DNA of 62,896 nt, the filler included, from Trichosphaerium sp. ATCC 40318 (taxonomy: Eukaryota; Protista; Tubulinea): assembly GCA_038496445.1 (NCBI GenBank). It is 3 parts of 3 records of this genome, joined end to end, with 100 filler letters (N's around TTAATTAATTAA, not from the genome) between each part and the next. Parts side by side here need not be neighbours in the genome. Positions count along the whole stretch, not along the records: positions 26,846 to 50,155 come from JALMLS010000043.1; positions 50,256 to 62,896 come from JALMLS010000569.1; 1 more part is not named here. One strand, 5' to 3'. The position numbers and the translations under genes were made by a program. The first letter of the stretch is position 1. The number at the start of each line of letters is the position of its first letter. The notes beneath the pieces are model-generated. The model ran no database searches, was not told where the DNA came from, and was given only the letters and a program-made list of their open reading frames with translations. Shown here piece after piece: positions 47,957 through 59,563 of the stretch.

Positions 47957-50155
47957 ATGGCTAACGTGTATTGTGACGCTTGTAAGACATGGTATACGTG
48001 GAGACATTATCATTACAGACACTTAAAATCTAATAAACATACAGCGGCGACCATAAAGCTAGGTACATGTACAAAATACCTCAAATGTACTTAGTTAATT
48101 ATAGGAATGGGCAAACGAGGTAGAGACTTTTCTCAAAGAAACAATAACATTAGCAAAGCAAAGAAACGGATTAGAACTCATGATATTAATTTGGGAGATT
48201 CAGCAAATGCCAGTGAAAGTGTCGACCACCTGCTTGCTTTTAATCTATATGATACAGATTGTGATGCCAATAGCAATGCAATAAGTCACAGTAGTGACTC
48301 TGAAAGTAGTGCGGACAGTGGATTCAATGGCACCGGTGATGAGAGCAATGAAAGCAGTGTCAGTGACGAGTTTGTGGAACCAATATATTTAAGAAGAGAT
48401 GACAATACGGAGCTACCATGTACAACTCTTCCACACTTTTTAAGTGTTGATGGTGAGGCTATGCGCAGTGGTGAGTTAATTGTAACAATTAGTGTAGCAT
48501 TTAATTTGTTTGTTAAAGAATTCGAACAGTTGTCTGATGAGCAATGGAAAAAAGAACAAAAGCCTCCAGATTTTGAGCCAAGTGATGATTTTAACTCTGC
48601 CTCTCCTCAACAAAAGCTTGGTTATTTGTTGTTTGCGCTAAAGTTGGAACACAAACTGTCTTTGGTTTTGTGTAAAAAAATTTTAGAGCTGTTCAATACT
48701 GCCTTGGTTCTTTTTGGACTTGACACTAATGGTATGTAACACACCACGTTGTGATTATCTCTTATGTTGGCTTTGTTAGGCACTGTGTCTGTTTCTGTAA
48801 ACACATTGTTGAAAGAAATTGCTACAAAAGTACATTTATCAGACGTATATGTCTTTGTCCTTGCTTATTGTTTTATACTAGTTTTTGCCTCAATTCCCAC
48901 CTGAAATAATATCAGTGGACAAGAAAACCAAGTCAGACAAAGTTGTATACACGACACAAGTTCCTTTTTACTCTCCATCAGAGCATATCAAAAGAGTGTT
49001 GTATTATTTGCCCACAAGAAAAAGCATCACTGAATGTATAACTGATGGACCAGCCACAATGCACACGCACTATGAAGATGGAACTACGAAAGCAGAGAAG
49101 GTATACAAAGGTCCAGAAACTGGAACCAATGTGAAAAAAGTGTTTGCAGATGTACTTGATGTTTATGAGGCAGACAAAGACAACACTATTTTACTCCCAG
49201 GTACACTATACTTATCTTTTGATTGTCTACTCACCGTTAATCAATAGCATATATAAGCAAGGATGATTTTACATACGATAAAAAAGACAGTTTGGGGCCT
49301 TTGTATATGGTTGTTTGGAATTTACCTAACAGTGCCAGTGCTACTGGAAAAATGTTGTTGGCTGTGTTACCGAAGTGTTTGCATGAAGAAGATCTATTGG
49401 AGCATGTTGTAAATGATTTTTAAAGGTGTACAATGGCATGAGATGTTACATAAAAAGTGAACAAAAGGTACGTGCCAATTTTATTGTTTTTTTAATTTAA
49501 TCCAAAAATAGTACTTCACAGTGTATTTGAGGTTGTCTAAGATATTGGGTGATTCACCAGGCTCAAATAGATTGATATGTACAAAAATCCTTCATTATTG
49601 ATCAACTTATGTTACTTTTAGCAATGAGGAGTCCAACATCTCATTATCCTTGCCGAATATGTAGAGTGCCAAAAAATGCCTTTCAATTAATTACAGAAGA
49701 CAATGAGATTGTAACAGCCACAAGAAACACACACCAAATCCTCACCATGGCGCATGAACACTCATACAGTGATCACATTAAAGATTGTTTTAGCATTCAC
49801 AGGCAGGTGAGCAACAAACCACGAATTTAGTTTTACTTTAGATTAACTGGTATTTTTTTTTTTTTTAGTCTCCGTTCAGTAAACTGTTGAACCATCACTT
49901 TGACTTTTTTTTGGATTCTCCCTATTGTCCATTTCATAACATCATATTGGGTATAGCTAAAAATGTTGGATGCGGCATTGGCTAAAATGCAAGAGCTTCA
50001 ACAAAGAAACTTTTAAAAAAACTCTAAATCGTAGGATCAAGTATGTTAGAAAACAAAATACAGGGTTAGGAAAGTATGTACATGTTGTTGACTTGATGTA
50101 TTGATTCAAAGTCATTTTAGAATGAAGGCAGTGTGGAATAATACAGGATGTTTAG
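47957..50155 (+). mobile_element. Family B CMC/Plavaka-like transposase gene, multi-exon, with apparent frameshifts, truncated by contig end
   Basis: MANVYCDACKTWYTWRHYHYRHLKSNKH (C2H2); PFYSPSEHI, GPETG, DDFTYDKKDSLGPLYMVVWNLP, LGDSPG, PCRIC, SPYCPFHNIILGIAK. Collinear with family A. Confidence 0.75.
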
Positions 50156-50255
50156 NNNNNNNNNNNNNNNNNNNNNNNNNNNNNNNNNNNNNNNNNNNNT
50201 TAATTAATTAANNNNNNNNNNNNNNNNNNNNNNNNNNNNNNNNNNNNNNNNNNNN
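50156..50255. other. Assembly gap with artificial six-frame-stop linker
   Basis: Ns flanking TTAATTAATTAA at 50200-50211. Confidence 0.97.
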
Positions 50256-50760
50256 GGTCGGGCCCCAGACGCATTCAAAACGGGCGAAAGCGCCTGCCTC
50301 TTCGGAGGACGTGGCGCTGCTCGAACCATACAAGTCGGTCCTTAGGATGAGGCGGGCCCAATCGAAAGTGCGGATTACCTTCCAATTTCGGGACTTTGAC
50401 AAGCATTAAGGCGGACAGCGCGTGGCCGGGAGTTTGGCTGGGGCGGCACATCCGCTATAGGGTAACACGGATGACCTAAGGGGAGCTCAGTGGGGACAGA
50501 AACCCCACGTAGAGGCCAAGGCTAAAAGCCCCCTTGAGCAAGAGTGGAGCCATCGCTCTTGCACCCTAACGGGAGGCCTAGAGATCCCTCGTGACTAGTC
50601 ATGTAACCTGACACTGGGGTGACAGAAAAATTACCATAGGGATAACTGGCTTGTGGTCGCCAAGCGCTCAGAGCGACGCGACTTTTTGATTCTTCGATGT
50701 CGGCTCTTCCTATCCAGGTGTAGCAGAATGCTCCAAGGGTTGGATTGTTCACCCACTTAC

Positions 50761-50804
<44 letters not shown>

Positions 50805-51180
50805 TTACCCTACTGGTGGGCCTATTTTATTAACATGCGCGTCGTCGGTAGCGATGCCTCAGTACGAGAGGAACGGGCATCGGTGGCCTCTAGTGTCCGC
50901 GGACGTCCGAGAGGGCGGTTCGCGAAGCCACGCCATTGGGAGTACGGCTGAAGGCCTCTAAAGTCGGAAACCCAGCCGCCAAGAGCCGCGCGGCGACATT
51001 GTCGTTGCTGCGCCTCCTCGAACGAAAGGCTTCGGCCCGCAAAGGTTCTACACTATGGCACAAGTAGCACGTCTTAGCAAACGCCCGCAGGGGCCCCGTA
51101 AACCACGGGAACTCGAACAGGGTCTTAGGGCATTTACTGTTGTAAGCTAGGGAGTCGCTCAAGCCTTCGGGTGCGACGAC
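50256..51180 (+). rRNA. 3' fragment of large-subunit (28S) rRNA, inverted copy
   Basis: GGGAGTTTGGCTGGGGCGGC, GGGATAACTGGCTTGTGG, GAGCTGGGTTTAGACCGTCGTGAGACAGGTT, sarcin-ricin loop AGTACGAGAGGAAC. 50256-51295 is the reverse complement of 55043-56082. Confidence 0.93.
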
Positions 51181-53228
51181 CTGCTGAGGCAGAGGCCCGA
51201 CTAAATTGTATTCAAACAGCTGTATTCGACAATCTTCATTGTATTCTTCTCTTTCTTCATATCAATGCCATCCACTCATACGTGATTTTTGAACTTTTTC
51301 ATTTGAAAAAAATGGTTTATGTTGATCAAAGTCATTTCAAACGACATAATCTTATTTTTGTTAAAACCTTAAAAAAAAGTGTACAAGACTCTCACTTATC
51401 CAATTGGTAGAGTTTTTTTGCTTTTTGAGCTGTTTGTAACATTGTATCTTCCATTTCAACATCTGCGAAAAGTACCAAAAAAGTCATTTTTTTCTTGCAT
51501 TTCATTGTTATTAAACATGTTTCATATTACATTGGTTCCAAACTTTCTTTTTTATCATAAGTAATTGTCATGACACAAATAAGCTACTAAAGGTAAGAGA
51601 GTGTGTGATAAATGATAACAATGTTAGAATACCTGTTAATTTGATATTGTTAGATATATTAGATACATCATCATACATTTTTGTATCTAATTCCTGTTTC
51701 AAGTTTAGAAAAAATGTGTATTTTTTGTACATCTCCATTTTTCACATGAAAAGTGCAAAGACATAGTCTTTGGGATTGATAATCTCTTTTAAAATTGTCT
51801 CTGACTTCACAATGAGTATAATTGTACTGCTATGTCAGATACTGGGCTGTGAAGCCCAAGTCACATTAAATTGGCTAAAACAGAAAATTCTTTTACAAAA
51901 GGGTCAATAGTCTTTTTACACACAAAAACCACTTTCAATGCATTTTCATGGCTGCAAGTACTTTTAACAAGTGAAATGGTTTGACTGTTACTTACTTTAA
52001 ACCACTTCTTTAATGTGATCAGTTTTATGATATAATAATGCCATTTTATTGCTTGCACTTGTTTTTCAAGCCTTGTTAGTGCAATCATTGGCATTTCAGC
52101 CTATATTAATCATTATTAATGCATTTTTTGAATTGAGACATGCAATGGCACCAAATGCTTCCAATGCAAGAAAGCCTCTATTTTTAACATTGATTGGTGT
52201 TGGCACATGATATCAACTGATACTTCAATGTAACCTGCATGTCAGTGTTTGGGTCAAGTTTGTTTAATTCACAAAATTCTTTCAAATTGTTAGAAACAGG
52301 GTTTTTACACAACATTGGAGGTGTGAAGTGTTAAATCGTGTTTTAGGGAGAAAAATGGAAATATATGATCAAATTATGTATACATCTTCATTGTGTTCAA
52401 ATATGGACATAGTGCAAGGTGTTTAGTGTATTTAATATAATAAATGTTGTTACGCCTTAAACTTCAAAAACTTAAACAATACAAAAGGGTGCAATCTTTA
52501 TTGATACATGTTTAAAAACAACTTTGACATATGAGCTAATAAGTTAGATGGTTTTTTTAGATGTTTTTTTTTGATTCAAGTGACTAACACTAAAATTAGG
52601 ACAATAACACAGAAAAATTGAAAAAATTGATTGTTTGAGTGAATGTACATTATGTATTTTCCCTCTAATTTTTTTTTCAGTTACAATAAACACTAAAATA
52701 TGTTGCTTACCCCTAAATCTAATTAACACATTAAACAACAGTGGCTACATACATTTACAATTGCAAATGTGTTTCATAACTATGCACAGGCAAACAACAC
52801 TGACAATGCTACACAATATTAACAGTACTCAGAATGCTAAAAATACACACATAATGGTCACTGCCATAATCACTGCCATGGAATGACAAACTTTCAAACA
52901 TTGCATCTTCTTTGATGAGATCAAACACAAGTATGTCATCACTGGTGTACATTTTTTGGAGAGACTTTAGATGAATGATGAAAAAAACAAATGGAGCTTG
53001 CCTTTTTGTTTGATTTTTCTTTGTTGATGAACAGTTCAATGCTGTTTTAGACACAATTTGTTAACAAGAATTTAGTGATGGAGTAATTCACCTTGGTTTT
53101 GAGATGAAACCATGAAGAATGTGATTCATTCTAGAAAAAAACATATGATTTAAATAAAAAAAAAATGGTTTTTATGAGTTTGTGTAATGGCTTCTTTGTG
53201 TTGTGTTTGCACTTTTTAGGTGAAGGTA

Positions 53229-54260
53229 CAGTAGTAAAATAGAAATGGGAATTTTTAAGTAATCCACCCTGTTTTCCTATGGGAAAAGTAGATGGAAAAA
53301 CTCTTCCTTAATTCCCATTGAATTTATATGAAATTCTGTAAGTATTACTCATAGAATTCTTAGAATATTACTTTTGGAATTGCATATGTATTTTATATAG
53401 AATTCTCTATGTATTCTTTATAGCATTTCTTAATGTATTTTTTGTAGATTTCAATAAAAAATACTTTATAAATTACACAAAATATTATTCAATACTTTGG
53501 TTCAGATTTAATGCAAAGTCATTTTATTTATTGATCATTACAAAATACAAACATCTTAAATAACACGTACAAGTTAAATACATCGTGTCTTCATAAACGA
53601 AAGAAGTAATTTGATTGCATTTGGTTTTGAGAGCCTGAACAATAATTAATGCGTTTGTAAATGCTAAATTAAGAACGCGTAGGGTTTTTTGATAAATTAA
53701 GTGGAAATAAGCTTTAAAAACAACGTACTTAGAGTTAATGCTTTAAATACATTCTTTAATGGTGTAATAAGGCTGTTGCAATGCTTTAATCATCCTAAAA
53801 CAGATAAGTAAGAGATATTTATGTTTAAGTGATTTTCCAAACCACCTAAAACGCGTTCTCCGTTACTTTTTGGATTAATGCACTTTAACTTGTACCATTG
53901 GTTTTTTCACCTTTAATAATAGCATGTGAATATTGTTTGCTAGAAAAACCTATGTACCTAAGGTGTCAATGGTTTTTTGCAAATATAAAACTAAACCCTA
54001 ACCCTAACTTAATTTGTACTTTCATAAACCTCAACCCTAGCCCTAACCCTAACCCTAACTAAATTAGTACATTATTTGGTGGATTTTGTACAATAATTCT
54101 GAAAATTCTGTATTTAAGGGAATATTGTGGTAATTTTATCAAAAATCCTGCCATAAAAAAAAATAAAAATAAAAATTCTTCACAAATTACCTTAAAAATC
54201 CCTAAAACAAAGGAATTTAGTGGGATTTATATCCAAAATCCCATTTTCATTTTACCACTT
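53229..54260. mobile_element. ~1.03-kb MITE related to the family A terminus, TA target duplication, containing telomere-like repeats
   Basis: TA|CAGTAGTAAAATAGAAATGGGA ... TCCCATTTTCATTTTACCACTT|TA imperfect TIRs; the right end matches 30808-30873. Confidence 0.65.
53993..54060. repeat. Interstitial (CCCTAA)n / TTAGGG telomere-like repeats in two short clusters
   Basis: AAACCCTAACCCTAAC...CTCAACCCTAGCCCTAACCCTAACCCTAAC. Confidence 0.7.
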
Positions 54261-55157
54261 TACCTACCCACTTCCAAAAAACTACAAGGCTACAACTCAA
54301 CAAGGTATTTTTAGACAATGTTTAAACATTTTCATCCAAATAATGCCTTGTGTTTTACCAAAATGCTTAGTTTTTGCCTCATCAAAAAGACAACTACAAA
54401 GCAATGCCTTGTATTTGATAGAAAATGCTTGTATTTGGTACACAAAATTACAATGGTTTTGTTTGCATATTTTAAAAAATTATGCCTTTAAATTAGAGCA
54501 TAATTCATGCATCAATGTTTTATTTTAAAAGCAAAAAGGAAACATTGACATAGTTTACAATGCTTAATAAATCAAAACATTTGCTCAATTTCTGTATTCT
54601 TTATCTTTGTGTTGGTAAAATTGAAAAGGTTTGTGCTAGCATTTGGCAATAATATGTCTTGACTTATGACAGTATCCACAAATTTCTGTTCCATTAATAT
54701 ATTTCTGAGAAATACATTTTCAAGATAGAGTTTAGAGTTTTGAGTTCATACTAATTGCCATTTTGAAAATACATAGAATTTTTGTTGAGGTGTTTGGGTA
54801 TTTTGTTAGAATACCAACAATGAGATTAAACACACAATAATCCAATTATGGCGTCAACAACTTGATTGTTTTAATGGAAAAAAAAATATGCAAAAAAAAT
54901 AAATATGTTGTTGAAAGTGTTTGTTTTAAATAAACAAGAGAAAAAATTTTGTCTAAATGTGTTATTGTAAACTGTCAGTTGCTGGCAAATGCAATTTTTA
55001 CATCAATTTTGTAAACTAAACTATCTATGTTGCTTGTTTGGTAGTTCAAAAATCACGTATGAGTGGATGGCATTGATATGAAGAAAGAGAAGAATACAAT
55101 GAAGATTGTCGAATACAGCTGTTTGAATACAATTTAGTCGGGCCTCTGCCTCAGCAG

Positions 55158-55533
55158 GTCGTCGCACCCGAAGGCTTGAGCGACTCCCTAGCTTACAACA
55201 GTAAATGCCCTAAGACCCTGTTCGAGTTCCCGTGGTTTACGGGGCCCCTGCGGGCGTTTGCTAAGACGTGCTACTTGTGCCATAGTGTAGAACCTTTGCG
55301 GGCCGAAGCCTTTCGTTCGAGGAGGCGCAGCAACGACAATGTCGCCGCGCGGCTCTTGGCGGCTGGGTTTCCGACTTTAGAGGCCTTCAGCCGTACTCCC
55401 AATGGCGTGGCTTCGCGAACCGCCCTCTCGGACGTCCGCGGACACTAGAGGCCACCGATGCCCGTTCCTCTCGTACTGAGGCATCGCTACCGACGACGCG
55501 CATGTTAATAAAATAGGCCCACCAGTAGGGTAA

Positions 55534-55577
<44 letters not shown>

Positions 55578-56294
55578 GTAAGTGGGTGAACAATCCAACC
55601 CTTGGAGCATTCTGCTACACCTGGATAGGAAGAGCCGACATCGAAGAATCAAAAAGTCGCGTCGCTCTGAGCGCTTGGCGACCACAAGCCAGTTATCCCT
55701 ATGGTAATTTTTCTGTCACCCCAGTGTCAGGTTACATGACTAGTCACGAGGGATCTCTAGGCCTCCCGTTAGGGTGCAAGAGCGATGGCTCCACTCTTGC
55801 TCAAGGGGGCTTTTAGCCTTGGCCTCTACGTGGGGTTTCTGTCCCCACTGAGCTCCCCTTAGGTCATCCGTGTTACCCTATAGCGGATGTGCCGCCCCAG
55901 CCAAACTCCCGGCCACGCGCTGTCCGCCTTAATGCTTGTCAAAGTCCCGAAATTGGAAGGTAATCCGCACTTTCGATTGGGCCCGCCTCATCCTAAGGAC
56001 CGACTTGTATGGTTCGAGCAGCGCCACGTCCTCCGAAGAGGCAGGCGCTTTCGCCCGTTTTGAATGCGTCTGGGGCCCGACCTCCGGAGTAGAAGTGTTA
56101 CACCTTTCGTAAAAAACTACTTCCTACCCTATACCTCCAGTGCCAAGCCCCTAAGCGTGGTGAGAGTCAAACTCAACAGGGTCTTCTTTCCCCGCTGGTA
56201 GAAAAGTCGCCCGTTCGCGACTCTGTGGTTTCGCCACGGTCGGCGTAGGGACAGCGAGAACCTCATTCATCCATTCATGCGCGTCATTAGTTAC

Positions 56295-56344
<50 letters not shown>

Positions 56345-58956
56345 AACCCGTGCTTGGGTGAAATTAAGCACCGCAACTTTCAAAGCACTGGGCAGGAGTC
56401 ACCCTTTGTCAGACCTCAGAGGAGGTATCAAAGGGCTAAGTTTTAAGTAAACAGTTGGGTTCTCTAAGCTTCTGAGAGTTCCGCCATGATCCGCTTGTGG
56501 ACCTCTTTGCAGGGACTGTGCGCCGTTCCCGAAGGGGCTACACTGAAGTAGCGCAGACGCACGTCGTCCCGGGTCCCGGTCAGCAGAGCCAGCCCTTTTC
56601 CCGAAGTTACGGGCCGCGTATGCCGACTTCCCTTACGCCGTTTACACCGTGCAGCGCCAGAGGTGACTAACCTAGGGGACCTGATGCGGTTTTCGGTACG
56701 GTATGAGCCTGGAGGACACTGAACACCCGAAAGTGTCGGCTTCGGAGAGGAGCAGCCTCGTGAGAACGAGCTCACCAACACCCCTAGAAAGCAAAAGTGC
56801 TTTCCCATTAGCTACCCTCGACTCTTTCCCTTCGCCGCTTTACGTGGCTCCGGGGAGTTTCCCTCGAATAGCTTAGGCGCGGGAGAAGGCCCCGCAGAAG
56901 TGTGGTTGCTCGCGTGCGCTCTCTCTCTCAGTGTTGCCACTTCTAAAGCAAATGCATCCTCCTTACCCATGCCCTGGATTACTCACCAGGTTGCCTTTCG
57001 CCGAGTTGAAAGCATCGCAGACTTCCACCAGTCTTCAGAACCGTAAAGTTCGTCTGAACAAGGTGTCGTCTGCCAGCATCAAACAGTATACTCTATTAGG
57101 AGCTGGCTTAGGACCGGCTAACTCGCAGCTGAATGCCATCACCGCGAAACCCTTCCCCACTTGGGCGACCTGGCTGTGATAAACACTGTTTCACCAGGCT
57201 CCAATTGCTACTACCACCAAGATCATCACTGCTGGTGGCTCCGGGTGGACGCCACCGCCCCCCTTCTACGCCACCAGCACGCCGTCCTACCGCACCCTGG
57301 GCCGAGCCGGGGCGATCGCGCAGCGGCGGCTAAGGCAGTTTAGCGCCATCCATTTTCGGCGCGTCCCAATTCGGCTGGTGAGAAGTTACTCACTCCTTAG
57401 AGGATGACGACTTCCATGTCCACCTTCCAGCTGTCTAAACTGGAACACCGCCTTCGTTGTCTTGGTTACTGCCTATTCGGGCGCCTTTGCTGCTGCTCGC
57501 GTTTAAAACCGTCTCGTCAGTCCTGCTTATCAAGACCGGCCCAATAGGGGTCCACCGTCTCGGTGACCACAGCCATTCGGCCTGTGGTCGGTCGCCTCTT
57601 ATGTGTTTGATAATAGGTCGATGGCAACTTTGGCCTCCGATACCTCTTTCCAGTGGCTCTACGAGACGAGACCGGCGTCACGGACCCCCTCTATCCTTAG
57701 GGATACTTCGAACGGTACCAGCTACGTTGGCAGCTCGTTTGGTCTCTCGCCCCTATACCCAATGTCCGGCGAGCGATTTGCACGTCAGCAACGCTACGGG
57801 CGTCCAGCGGGATTTCTCCCGCCTTCCCCCTTTTCGGGTATAGATCGCTACCTTTCGGGTATCGCCCAACGTACTATCGCCTGCCAAGAGAACAACGCCG
57901 GAGATGGCAAAGTGTATCTACTTTGGTGTGACGTGTTTTTAATTACTTGCGTAACAAAAACATGATAATAGCATAGTCGGTTTTTTATGTCGATCTTTGC
58001 AAACTTATACATGTGAGTGTAATACGTTTGTTTTTTTATAAAGAACTTGACGGCCTAGGAGCTTATCCTTGGCTTCATTTCTGTGCGGGTTGGAGGTTTG
58101 ATCTCTCACCCTCGCACGCTCGGCGAACTCCTTGATCCGTGTTTCAAGACGGGATACACGGAGGCCATGGCCCAATAAGGGCATAGAGCCTCATTGAGGT
58201 TGTGGACGATGAATGACGAGCTTCGTTCCTTTCGGAAGAAGACGTACATTCGGAGGTTTCAGTAATTTCAGTGAACCAACATCATTTAAAGGTTTAAAAG
58301 TGCTTTTTGATGTCCTTTCAACCAAACCCACGTTTTTATGCTTTTCAGCTTGTAGGATGGTGTGGACAGCACGATTAGCCAGTATGACTTTTTTGTGTTG
58401 GTCACCTCTATTACCTTCCCCTCGACGTTTTGTTTCATTATAATCTTCCAGGGCACAAGGCCCCGGTCGCTTTTCCCTCGCTACAAGAGCGTCTGCCATG
58501 TGCAGATTAGGTGCAGGGCACCTACGTACTCCGTGCCATTTGTACCCTTGCCGGCTTCGGGTCTTTTAACCCTCTATCGAGGAGTGCTGTTTCAGTCTTC
58601 CCTCACGGTACTGGTGCGCTATCGGCCACCTCCCGATACTTAGCCTTGCCGGGTAACCTCCCGGTAACTTCGTATGGCACGGCCAAACCATACTACTCCT
58701 GGACGATGGGACTCTATTTCCTCAGTTGACAGCGTACGGGGCTCGCACCCTCTACGGCTACGACTCGTGCGTAATTCCCGTCAACGTCTGGAAGAGCCAC
58801 CACGCCTTAGCCCACAACTCCGATGCTAGGCTCGGATTCAGGCTTGAGCTTGTCCCCTTTCGCTCGCCGCTACTCAGGGAGTCCCTTTTGGTTTCCTTTC
58901 CTCTGCCCCAATGATATGCTTAACTTAGGCAGGTCGCCAAGTGTAACTCAGGACGC
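55158..58956 (-). rRNA. Large-subunit (28S) rRNA, divergent, with AT-rich expansion segments
   Basis: 5' GACCTGCCTAAGTTAAGCATAT; CCCGTCTTGAAACACGGA; GGGAGTAACTATGACTCTCTTAAGGTAGCCAAATGCCTCGTC; peptidyl-transferase and sarcin-ricin motifs. Ends are approximate. Confidence 0.95.
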
Positions 58957-59159
58957 AGGTTGTGTTTTTTTAATGCTTTCAGTATATAGAACCAACCTTC
59001 CCTCTAAAGCTTCGCTTAAGTAAGCTAGGCATGAGTTCTGGAGGAACATCACTTCCGGCAATTTATTTAATTAGTTGTGGCAACCACTTTCTTTTTTTAG
59101 AAGATTAAGTGTGTACACCATACGCAGCACCAAATAAATTTAGTGTTTGTTTTGCTGGC

Positions 59160-59322
59160 GTCGCTGAGTCACGCTCCTTTGCCTGTGATTCGTGAGAATA
59201 CAGAACGCGGCCTGAGGCATTCGGCAATGCCACCTTCAGATGAGAGCGATTCCGGTGGCTGGTTTCATAGTGATCCATGGCCTTCTTCGGGGGAGGTGCC
59301 TAACCGTTCACCGACAAGGTTT
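59160..59322 (-). rRNA. 5.8S rRNA, highly divergent
   Basis: GC-rich island between AT-rich ITS1 and ITS2 with variants of conserved motifs: CGAAGAAG (canonical CGATGAAG), GAATCGC (GAATTGC), CGAATGC (CGAACGC). Confidence 0.7.
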
Positions 59323-59563
59323 GGTTTCTTTCGAAAATCTTGACGTTCTTTATAGTCGTGCCACGACTGTGTTTTGGTTTGCCAAAATGGCGGTTGTGGA
59401 GCTGGCAGATATACAAGATATCACCACAGCAGAGGATGATTACATCTTCAATTACCGAAGTAAGATCAGATTTACCAAACCAGAGCTGATACTCCAATTT
59501 TTTTTCTTTTAAACTTGGTTAAAAGTTGGTTTAATTGCTTCTAAGGGTTAAATACCAATAGTA

